A DNA stretch of 64,000 nucleotides from Candidatus Aminicenantales bacterium. Lineage in GTDB: Bacteria > Acidobacteriota > Aminicenantia > Aminicenantales > UBA4085. The notes below the pieces were generated by a model. The model was not told the DNA's origin. It searched no databases and was given only the letters and a program-made list of their open reading frames with translations. A program made the translations under genes and the position numbers. This document shows, piece by piece, positions 1 through 7,759 of the stretch. How positions within the stretch are numbered: the first letter of the stretch is position 1; every line of letters begins with the position of its first letter. Location of the stretch: NCBI GenBank assembly GCA_049515535.1, contig JBEKTZ010000001.1:206599-270598 (forward strand), in the 5' to 3' direction.

Positions 1-1670
1 TTTAGCCTTAGATAAACTGCACCTGATTTTCCTCGAACAACCTTCGCAGATTGGGCACCTTCATGGACAATTGATGTATCGGCCGTAATTGAGCCCCCGG
101 TTTCATTTACGGTAAAATTCCACGATCCTTTTTCTGACTCAAATGTTTCAGCTACTGCTGGAACGTTTGCTATATTTCCTCCTGAAAATATTGAGGTTGT
201 ATTTCCCCGAACCGATATTTTACTTGTGCTGTTTCCGCTCCACCCTGCCATTAGAGGATCAGAATATGTATTAGTGCCAACAAATCTAACTGTGTCTCCA
301 GGCTGAATATCTAACATCTCCAGGTAGTTAAGTGTTTTAATTGGCCTTGATTGGGAAATGCCAATATTAGTCCAGTCGACACCATTATTGCCATCAACAT
401 AGAAAGTGCTATTAACTGGTATGACTCTCCCTATAGATCCTCTAAATGATTTTCCGCCCGATCCATTACCTGTTCCATACAGACCACTCCAATTAGTAGC
501 ATAATAGGATGGAAGTCCAACAGACCCATTCGAACCGGTTACATTGCTAAATGTATTTCCATAATCTTTTACAACCTGCCATGTTGTGCCGTGATCGTCT
601 GAAGCAAGAATTTTACTGAAATAATTTCCACTTTTACAAGTAAACTCAGTGGTACTATTAGCAAAGAATATTACGACACCATTATCATCAACGTGTGCCC
701 AGTTCCAAACAGCACAAGTAGGCAAAATATAAACATATTCCATAGACTGAGTAGTGCCATTATCATTTATTCTAGCAATAGAACGCGCATTAATGTTTGG
801 ACTATGCATATCTAAGCCAACATATATATAAGATGAATCTGAAGTCATAGCTGTTACTTCTACTCCTTTGCCGTTGGGGTCAGTTGGCAGGATAAAACTA
901 AAATAAATGGCTGAAATATCATCGGCGTTAATCTTATTAGAAGGAAGTTTTAATATTCCATGGTCGTTGTCTCCTATAGCTACGTAAAGTGAGTCACGGT
1001 AGGGATCATAATAAACTTGATGAATATGTCTTTCAGATGGCCAACTCGCAACATTAGTCCAAGTTCCATTGGGCCTTCTCCGCCACAAATAAGCACCTGT
1101 TGATGATGATGTATACTCTCCTGCCCATACGTTTCCGTATTTATCCTCCGTAAAATTCCAAATATACCCATTGCCGCTAGCATCAATAAATTGTTGGACT
1201 GGAGTGAAGTTTAGGCCATCTGTACTCTCGAAAATATATGACTTACTATCATCGGTTTTTACTCCCCCAATATAAACAATTCCACGGCTATCTAAAAACA
1301 TATCTCCTACTGTACGGCTTGGGCTTGGAGTTCCCACATCGTTCCATTTTGTTCCATCAAACATGCAAGTGCCATAAACTTGGTTGATGGCGGTTATCTT
1401 ATCTTTTTGAACCATCATGGAACCAGCCCTATAAGCATGAGAAACTACACCCTTATCAACTTGAATCCATCTCAAAGTGGTGGCATAAACAGAAGAATGA
1501 AAAGATAAGAAGAAAGCTATAGAGCAAAAAAAGGAGAAAAGATATTTTACACCATAGCGAAACCGTTTACTCTTTCTCTTTCTCAATTTTGATCCCAAAG
1601 CTGGAAGCAATGGTGAACTCGCCCTCTGATTAGGTCCATTTTTCAGATTAGAAAAATATTTGTAAATCAT
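1..1670 (-). CDS. Large secreted multidomain carbohydrate-active protein (Asp-box beta-propeller, beta-helix-type entry motif, probable CBM); 3' end runs off the window
   Basis: Absent from ORF track (no stop in window). Manual translation from ATG 1670 (GGAGG SD ~10 nt upstream) is open for 556 codons: basic + hydrophobic signal ending ...HSSVYA, Asp-box-like ESTDGLNF and ASDDHGTTW, FYVDGNNGVDWTNIGISQSRPIKTL, then ETFESEKGSW...VHEGAQSAKV. AT-rich. Confidence 0.8.
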   Translation of the reverse strand, partial: MIYKYFSNLKNGPNQRASSPLLPALGSKLRKRKSKRFRYGVKYLFSFFCSIAFFLSFHSSVYATTLRWIQVDKGVVSHAYRAGSMMVQKDKITAINQVYGTCMFDGTKWNDVGTPSPSRTVGDMFLDSRGIVYIGGVKTDDSKSYIFESTDGLNFTPVQQFIDASGNGYIWNFTEDKYGNVWAGEYTSSSTGAYLWRRRPNGTWTNVASWPSERHIHQVYYDPYRDSLYVAIGDNDHGILKLPSNKINADDISAIYFSFILPTDPNGKGVEVTAMTSDSSYIYVGLDMHSPNINARSIARINDNGTTQSMEYVYILPTCAVWNWAHVDDNGVVIFFANSTTEFTCKSGNYFSKILASDDHGTTWQVVKDYGNTFSNVTGSNGSVGLPSYYATNWSGLYGTGNGSGGKSFRGSIGRVIPVNSTFYVDGNNGVDWTNIGISQSRPIKTLNYLEMLDIQPGDTVRFVGTNTYSDPLMAGWSGNSTSKISVRGNTTSIFSGGNIANVPAVAETFESEKGSWNFTVNETGGSITADTSIVHEGAQSAKVVRGKSGAVYLRL

Positions 1671-1773
1671 TTTTGTTCGCCTCCGGAACCGCCTCTGGAA
1701 GAAGTTCGGGATCCGCTTCGCTTTCCGCAAATTCTTCTGAAGTCACATTGCCCAAGGAGCTGTGTCACCTAAA

Positions 1774-3981
1774 TTATAAGAACCGGATGCTTGTTTTCCA
1801 GACGTCCGGGTCCAGGCGCAAGATGTCCCTTAACGCGTTCAAGTCTTTGATGTCCCGCTTCCAGCGCTGGATGAGCGCCGGATAAAACTTTTCCGCGTCG
1901 ACGGGCCAGACCGTCTTGAGCGTCTTGAACACGAACGCCTTTTCTTCCTCGCTCAACCCCGCCCATTGCAGCAGGAAATTATAAACGACGTTCACGTTCA
2001 AAAACTGGTCGTGCGGCTTGAAATCGAGCGCTTTTCGCATATAAAAACGCGCCTTATCCTGGTAGATCAGCAGCGGAAAATTCGAGAACATATAGACCCG
2101 GCTCATATCGTAATAGGCGAAAGCGTCCGCCGGATTCCTCCGGATCCGCTCAGCCTGGGCCTCGCGCGAGAGATCGAGATAGGCCTCCCGCTTCTGAGGA
2201 TTCCCGGACGTATTTTCAGCCATGGCCATTTCCAGATAGAAACGTCCCTGCTCCTCGTAGAATTGCGGGCTGCCGGACCAGCGAACGGCCTTTTTCAGGA
2301 GAGAGTCCAGCTCCGCGTATCCCGACATCAGGCTCCGCCCGTTTTCGGCGAGCTTCGCCCGCGCCGCTTTAAATTGATTGAGATACAAAAACCCCATGTT
2401 ATGCTTGATGACGAGGATCATCAGGAGGATCGTCCCGGCCGCCATCAACACCGTCATCGCCTTCCGGCCCTGAAAACCGGAAACTCGTTCAGGGCTTTCT
2501 TCATGAACCGGCTCGTTCGAAGAGCGAAGCATTCCCGCCCTTAACCCCAGTGCATAGAGGGCGACAAAAAAAGCGGCGTTGGCCGGCATGCGCAGGCCGA
2601 AATCCGTGAAACTGTGGATCAGCATCCCGGAGATCCCGGCGATGCAGCCCAGCATGACGCCTTTGACGAAATAATCGCGCCGCTTCGTCCACCGCGCCCC
2701 CATCAAGGCCAGCGCGGCCAGTCCCGCCGCGATCAAGGCCCCGCCCCCCGCCACTCCGCTCTCCGCGAGAACCTCGAGATAATCGTTATGCGCGTGCGTC
2801 TTCAGCGTCGGCGTATATTCCCGCTCGGCCATGTTATAACCGTATAAATAACTGCCCGATCCGACGCCAAAAACGGGATACTTTTGAATCACGTCCAGCG
2901 TGTATTTATAAAGAATCGGCCGGCCCTCACTCTCGATGAGATCGGGAGAAAATCTCTCGAGCACCGGGGCCAGGCCGATCCATATCGCGATTCCTGCGAC
3001 AAGGGCGAAAACCGCGCTGATGATCCGGCGAAGCCGGCGGCTTCGATAGGTTCCATTTGCCTCTCTTCTTCCTCCCGAGAGGGAAATGAAAACGATCATG
3101 ATCAGAAGCGAGGCCAGGAATATGAAGATGCCCGATCGTGACCTGGAAAAGACGATTCCGACGCCGAGGATGACCGGTATGATGCCCGCGATGATGGTTT
3201 TTTGAAGTTTCTCCTGGCCGAACCAGACGATCTTTTCTCGGAGAGACAGCCCTCTCATCATCGAAAAGAAATCCGCCCTCGCCAGAAGGTAGCCGATGCT
3301 TAAAGCGAGGATCATCTCCAAAAAGCCGGAAAAATGGTTCCGATTGACGAACGTCCCGAACGCATTTCCGCTGTAATAGATATTCTTCCAACCGAAGATC
3401 CGGAAAGTCCCGCCGAAATATTCCTCGAGGCCGTAGAGAGATTCGAAGACTCCCACGGCCAACATGACAAGAACGAAAACACGGGTTTCCTTCCGCGAGC
3501 GGATATGGGCATAGACTAAATAAGCGAAAATCCCATAGCAGAGATATTTCAATAACTCATAAATGCTCAGCACGGGGGAAAGAGAGAGCGTCCGCCCAAC
3601 CGAATCCCGCGCCGCCAAAATCCCATCCCGGGCCAGGCTTTCGTACAAACCGGCGGTATGGGGAGAGATCGCCTTGAGCAGAGCCGTAGGCAAGGGCACA
3701 AGCTGAATCGCGCCGATAACGAAAAATAAGCCAATCAGAGCTTTGATCAACCATGGGATTTTCTCGGTCGTCGCGGACCCACTACTCTCCCCGGCTTCCG
3801 GATCCGCGGATTTCGCGAAGCGGCCAGCGAGGTGGAGAGCAAACAGCAGAATAACCGCCGCCTCAAAAATAAAAATCGCCCATTCCTCGACCCCGCCGTA
3901 AGGAAGGGGGATGTAAACGAGCAGACAACAAAGACCGATAAAAATTATCCTGTGAATGAGATTGCCCCCTTCTAATCGCAT
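1774..3981 (-). CDS. O-antigen ligase / O-oligosaccharyltransferase family membrane protein with C-terminal TPR-like region
   Basis: Many TM helices; GTFVNRNHF, SRSRSG, PVFGVGSGSY and HAHNDYLEVLAESG (Wzy_C-type) motifs; helical C-terminus (NPADAFAYYDM, ALDFKPHD). Confidence 0.88.
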   Translation of the reverse strand: MRLEGGNLIHRIIFIGLCCLLVYIPLPYGGVEEWAIFIFEAAVILLFALHLAGRFAKSADPEAGESSGSATTEKIPWLIKALIGLFFVIGAIQLVPLPTALLKAISPHTAGLYESLARDGILAARDSVGRTLSLSPVLSIYELLKYLCYGIFAYLVYAHIRSRKETRVFVLVMLAVGVFESLYGLEEYFGGTFRIFGWKNIYYSGNAFGTFVNRNHFSGFLEMILALSIGYLLARADFFSMMRGLSLREKIVWFGQEKLQKTIIAGIIPVILGVGIVFSRSRSGIFIFLASLLIMIVFISLSGGRREANGTYRSRRLRRIISAVFALVAGIAIWIGLAPVLERFSPDLIESEGRPILYKYTLDVIQKYPVFGVGSGSYLYGYNMAEREYTPTLKTHAHNDYLEVLAESGVAGGGALIAAGLAALALMGARWTKRRDYFVKGVMLGCIAGISGMLIHSFTDFGLRMPANAAFFVALYALGLRAGMLRSSNEPVHEESPERVSGFQGRKAMTVLMAAGTILLMILVIKHNMGFLYLNQFKAARAKLAENGRSLMSGYAELDSLLKKAVRWSGSPQFYEEQGRFYLEMAMAENTSGNPQKREAYLDLSREAQAERIRRNPADAFAYYDMSRVYMFSNFPLLIYQDKARFYMRKALDFKPHDQFLNVNVVYNFLLQWAGLSEEEKAFVFKTLKTVWPVDAEKFYPALIQRWKRDIKDLNALRDILRLDPDVWKTSIRFL

Positions 3982-3989
3982 TTTTAACC

Positions 3990-4019
3990 AAAAAAAAAGG
4001 GTCCGCTGACCCCTTTTTT
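3990..4019 (-). terminator. Rho-independent terminator after the 4051-4611 gene
   Basis: Minus strand GGGTC-agcg-GACCC hairpin followed by T9; A-tract on the other side (possibly bidirectional). Confidence 0.7.
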
Positions 4020-4050
4020 AAATGTCCTATTAGGCCGCGTCTATGCGAGC

Positions 4051-4611
4051 CTACCTTCTCGCCGGGCTCGCCGCTCCCGACGGGCTGAGAAGCGAAACAG
4101 TAGCCGCGGTCACCGCGACGGCGGCCACCACGGCGACGGCAATTCCAACCGGCGTAGCGAAGAAGCCGACGGCTGCTGCCGCTCCCGCTACTGCCGCTCC
4201 TGCCCCAACTGCCCCAAGTGCCCCCGCAACTAAAATCCCATTCTTGTCCACTTTAAGCACCAGATTGAGCTTGGCCAGCTCCAGGGCTTTGATTTGAAGC
4301 TCGCGATCGAAGTTGAAGTTTCCTTGTTGCGTGCTGACGCCGAGGACATAGCTTCCCGCGGTGATCTCCTTGATCACGTACATGCCGTTCTTGTCCGACG
4401 GTTCGCTCTGATAAATCGTGTCGGTCAGAACATTCCGGAGCTTGACAATGGCGCCTTCCATCGGTGATTTCTGACTTTCCCAGTAGATGAATCCCGTCAG
4501 GGAGCCGGCGTCCACTTGTCCGAGCGCTTCATAGGGAAAGAACAGGATCGACATCGACGCAAGAACGCCGAGGATGAGAAGCTTTGACCTGAAAAGGTGG
4601 CCTTTTAGCAT
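4051..4611 (-). CDS. Exported protein with carboxypeptidase-regulatory-like beta-sandwich domain and Gly/Ala-rich hydrophobic C-terminal tail
   Basis: Signal peptide (...YEALG); GSLTGFI...PMEGAIVKL...SDKNGMY...ITAGSYVL pattern; long hydrophobic tail ending SPSGAASPARR; GGAGG SD. Confidence 0.8.
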   Translation of the reverse strand: MLKGHLFRSKLLILGVLASMSILFFPYEALGQVDAGSLTGFIYWESQKSPMEGAIVKLRNVLTDTIYQSEPSDKNGMYVIKEITAGSYVLGVSTQQGNFNFDRELQIKALELAKLNLVLKVDKNGILVAGALGAVGAGAAVAGAAAAVGFFATPVGIAVAVVAAVAVTAATVSLLSPSGAASPARR

Positions 4612-4633
4612 GGAAACCTCCCTTACCTACTAT

Positions 4634-4662
4634 ATTAAATTCGCTTCAGCCAAGAAAGTCAA
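4634..4662 (-). promoter_or_regulatory. Putative internal sigma70 promoter for the 4051-4611 gene
   Basis: Minus strand TTGACT-17 bp-TTTAAT in the short intergenic gap. Confidence 0.45.
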
Positions 4663-4675
4663 GCGATAAAATTCC

Positions 4676-5458
4676 TCATTTCCTCCACGGAATCCGGATG
4701 GTCCATGGCTTATGCTCTTTTTCCGGATTCTTCGGATCCCCCCAATTTCCGACGGCCTTGTTTTCGAGGATCGCTTCCGGGATGGCCGTGACCATGGCCT
4801 CCGCCTTTTCCTTTCCCACGATTTTCGCCGCTTCCTTCACGGCCCGGCTTAGCTTCGGCGGCCGGTCGAACGGATCATGAGCGTCCGAAGCGATGATATG
4901 AACCAGGTTATGGGAGAGAAAGACGTCGGCCGCCCGCTTCGCCTCCGGGCCGAACTCCCCCAGGATGCTCTTGGCCGTCACCTGGGCCAGGCAGTTCATC
5001 GTGACGATCTCATATAAAAGCCGCGGCCTGGCCTGAAACTCGGCGTTGCGCTCCGGATGGCTGATGATGGGGATGAAACCTTTGAGCATGATTTCATACA
5101 ATAAATCTTGCGCCCCGGCCCAAACCGCATCCGCCGGAAACTCGAGAAAAAAATAATCGGACTTGTTCACGGTCAGGCGATGCTCGCGGATGTTCTTGAC
5201 GATGTCGGGCTGGATGAAGACTTCGGCGCCCCAGTAAATCTCGCAGGGAAAACCGCCGGCCGCCTCTTTGAACCGCTCCACCCGGTCGGCCAGCCCCGCC
5301 CAGTCGCCGTCGTGCTTGGTCATCCGGAAGACATGCGGCGTGACCCCGATCTTCGTGATGCCGTCTCGCCGGGCGACCTCTGCCATCGCCCGCGCCTCAT
5401 CGAGACTCGTCGCCCCGTCGTCCCAACCCGGAAGCAGATGGACGTGCAGATCGATCAT
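4676..5458 (-). CDS. CpsB/CapC/YwqE-family PHP tyrosine-protein phosphatase
   Basis: MIDLHVHLLPGWDDG, TPH, SHPERN and IASDAH motifs. Confidence 0.93.
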   Translation of the reverse strand: MIDLHVHLLPGWDDGATSLDEARAMAEVARRDGITKIGVTPHVFRMTKHDGDWAGLADRVERFKEAAGGFPCEIYWGAEVFIQPDIVKNIREHRLTVNKSDYFFLEFPADAVWAGAQDLLYEIMLKGFIPIISHPERNAEFQARPRLLYEIVTMNCLAQVTAKSILGEFGPEAKRAADVFLSHNLVHIIASDAHDPFDRPPKLSRAVKEAAKIVGKEKAEAMVTAIPEAILENKAVGNWGDPKNPEKEHKPWTIRIPWRK

Positions 5459-5520
5459 TTCATTTCCTCCCGTTTCTCCCCCGCCGGCGCGCGTCCTTGT
5501 GCCCGTCCTTACGCACGTCC

Positions 5521-6378
5521 TTACCAGAAACTCACCGGCACATACACGACGTCCCCTTCTTTCAGCGGGGGGTCGGGCTTTTTCCCTTTAATGATATCGT
5601 TCAGATTAAAAGTCATCCGGATTTCCTTGCCCGTCTTCTCGTCCTTGCGCTTGATGATGACCGCGGATTTCTTGGCCGAATCCGTCGTCCCGCCCGCCTG
5701 GGCGATGGCCTGGACGAGGGTGATCTTCTTCGACAGTTTCACGTCCAGCGCGCCGGGATTCTTCACCTCGCCCCAGACGTAAATCTGAATGATCTTGTCG
5801 AACGGGACGATGATGTCGTCGTTCGGTTGGAGCGGAATATTGAGATTCGGATTGCCGTTCAGGATGAGATCGTTGAGATCGATCGTCACCTTTTCTTTGA
5901 GCCCCTCTTTCCCTTTCCGCATGACGAACAGCTCGTTTCCCGCGTTCTCGGCAAATCCCCCGGCCTTGGAAATGAGCTCCAGGAGATTCATCTCCCCCGC
6001 GATTTCATACATTCCCGGCGTTCTCACCGCGCCGATCAACGTCAGGCGGTTGCTCTGGTATTCCCGGATAAAGACCGTCACTTGAGGATTTTTAACGTAT
6101 TTCTCCTCGAGCATCGTCGCGATTTTTCGCTCGGCGCCTTCTTTCGTCAGGCCGCCGAGATCGACTCGCCCGAGAAGCGGGAGGGTGATCGACCCGCTCT
6201 CCGAGACGCGAACCGTCAAATTGAGCTCGGGAACCTCGCTGACCTTGATTTCCAAAAGGTCGTGGGGACCGATCTTGTAGTCCTTGATGAAGGCGTCTTT
6301 CTGCTCCTGCGCGTTGCCCAGTCCAACGGCAAGGACGATCAATGCGCCGAAAATCATCCATTTCAAGCATGTGTTCAT
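5521..6378 (-). CDS. wza: Polysaccharide export protein (Poly_export + SLBB domains, Wza family)
   Basis: YKIGPHDLLEIKV, GSITLPLLGRV, GAVRTPGMY, GEVKNPG, LKEGDVVYVP. Start taken at MNTCLKW because the longer ORF runs into a hairpin element. Confidence 0.9.
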   Translation of the reverse strand: MNTCLKWMIFGALIVLAVGLGNAQEQKDAFIKDYKIGPHDLLEIKVSEVPELNLTVRVSESGSITLPLLGRVDLGGLTKEGAERKIATMLEEKYVKNPQVTVFIREYQSNRLTLIGAVRTPGMYEIAGEMNLLELISKAGGFAENAGNELFVMRKGKEGLKEKVTIDLNDLILNGNPNLNIPLQPNDDIIVPFDKIIQIYVWGEVKNPGALDVKLSKKITLVQAIAQAGGTTDSAKKSAVIIKRKDEKTGKEIRMTFNLNDIIKGKKPDPPLKEGDVVYVPVSFW

Positions 6379-6412
6379 GTTCTTTCTCTTTCGTTTAACG
6401 CTCATTTCGAAA

Positions 6413-6523
6413 ATCAACCCATTCGACTCCCCGGGCTGAAGCCCGGGGTATGCTCAGGGTTGATACTGAGCGGCGCTTTTTCCCCGATTTAAAAATCGGG
6501 ATTTGGCGCCGTCGAACGTATCA
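6413..6523. repeat. Highly structured multi-hairpin intergenic element (REP/MITE-like or ncRNA)
   Basis: CCCCGGGC-tgaa-GCCCGGGG (6429-6448); GCTCAG/CTGAGC (6452-6471); CGGCGC/GCGCCG enclosing CCCGATTT/AAATCGGG (6471-6511); TTCGAC/GTCGAA closing pair. Confidence 0.7.
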
Positions 6524-7759
6524 GTAATCATAAGTCAAATTCAGCCCGACAAAGGTCCGCCGGGCTTTGGCGGAATTCGGGTTATATATCCACACATAAG
6601 TCCCGCCTCTGACGCCGATGCCGATATTCTCGCGCAGGCGGAAAAAAACACCCCCGATCTGATAATCCTGGGAAATCTTCGATTCGGCTCCGCCCGGAGC
6701 CGGCACCGCCCCGCCTTTCCATGAATAGAACTGTCTATTGAAAATATAGTCATAATCCAGACGCACTTTTCTATTTATCACGTAAAGAGAAACGCCGGCT
6801 CCATAACGGTTGCCGACGAAAAGCGCATTGTCATACCACGCCGAATAATAAACGTCTCTGCCGTATTGGCCCCGGACCGTCAATGCTCTGAAAATCCGCG
6901 CGCTCAATGTCGAGCTTCCGACGATCCCTTCAAAACCCGTCCGGCCCGGCGCCAGAGGCGCCAATTTCTTATACCCGAGCTTGATATTGCCCCGGATTCT
7001 TCCCCCGGGGCTGAAGTCGATCCCGCCGAATCCCGCCCAGCTCTCGGAATCGCCATAGCTCCAGGCGGAATCGACGAAATGCGTCCGGCCATATTCACCG
7101 CCGACGCTGAACATGACCCGGGGCGTGACTTGGTAATAGCCCGAGACCGTCAAGTAATCTTCCCTCCGGCTCAGCCGGCTTTTAAGGTCTTGAAACTCCG
7201 CCTCCAGGTTTTCGAAAGCGTAATCCGTCGTTCGCGCCGCCATGGAAAACGAAGTTTTTTTGGAAACTTGATACAAGAGCGAGCCGAAAGCGCCTGTTTC
7301 TTTTAAGCGCGGCCAGATGTCGATCTCGAACGGATAGCGAAATTTGTAATTATTGTAGGTGAAGCCTCCGCTGACAAACATCTTATTGAACAGAAACGAG
7401 ACCTCGCCGGAAAGATAGTTGTTCCAGGCCCTCTCCCTTGCCGTGTTGAAGAAATAGACGTAGCGCGGAGATTCCGTCAAAGAAAAAACGATCTTTTTTT
7501 CGATCGGCAAATAAACGCTGACTCCGGGCCCCGCTTGCAGCCAATAGTCCTGGACCGGATGTCCGGTCTGGCCGTAGATGTTCGAATCGAAACCGGCATC
7601 CGTCAGATAAAGAACGGGCTGAATGCGGAAAGGGCCTAGCCGCAAACCCGCCCGCTGCATCGTATATTTTAGATTCCTCGCTTTCCAGGTCTCGCCGGAC
7701 GCGCTCCCAGCCGCGAGCAGAGCGATCCCCAGCCAAACCGCCGCCCGTCTATGCTTCAA
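6521..7759 (-). CDS. Outer-membrane beta-barrel protein associated with polysaccharide export
   Basis: Signal peptide, FDSNIY motif, alternating aromatic beta-strands, C-terminal ...VGLNLTYDY barrel signature; lies between wzc and wza. Confidence 0.85.
   Translation of the reverse strand: MKHRRAAVWLGIALLAAGSASGETWKARNLKYTMQRAGLRLGPFRIQPVLYLTDAGFDSNIYGQTGHPVQDYWLQAGPGVSVYLPIEKKIVFSLTESPRYVYFFNTARERAWNNYLSGEVSFLFNKMFVSGGFTYNNYKFRYPFEIDIWPRLKETGAFGSLLYQVSKKTSFSMAARTTDYAFENLEAEFQDLKSRLSRREDYLTVSGYYQVTPRVMFSVGGEYGRTHFVDSAWSYGDSESWAGFGGIDFSPGGRIRGNIKLGYKKLAPLAPGRTGFEGIVGSSTLSARIFRALTVRGQYGRDVYYSAWYDNALFVGNRYGAGVSLYVINRKVRLDYDYIFNRQFYSWKGGAVPAPGGAESKISQDYQIGGVFFRLRENIGIGVRGGTYVWIYNPNSAKARRTFVGLNLTYDY

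Noticed and set aside
980..1186. 68-aa minus-strand ORF
   Set aside because: Out-of-frame overlap within the long 1-1670 reading frame.
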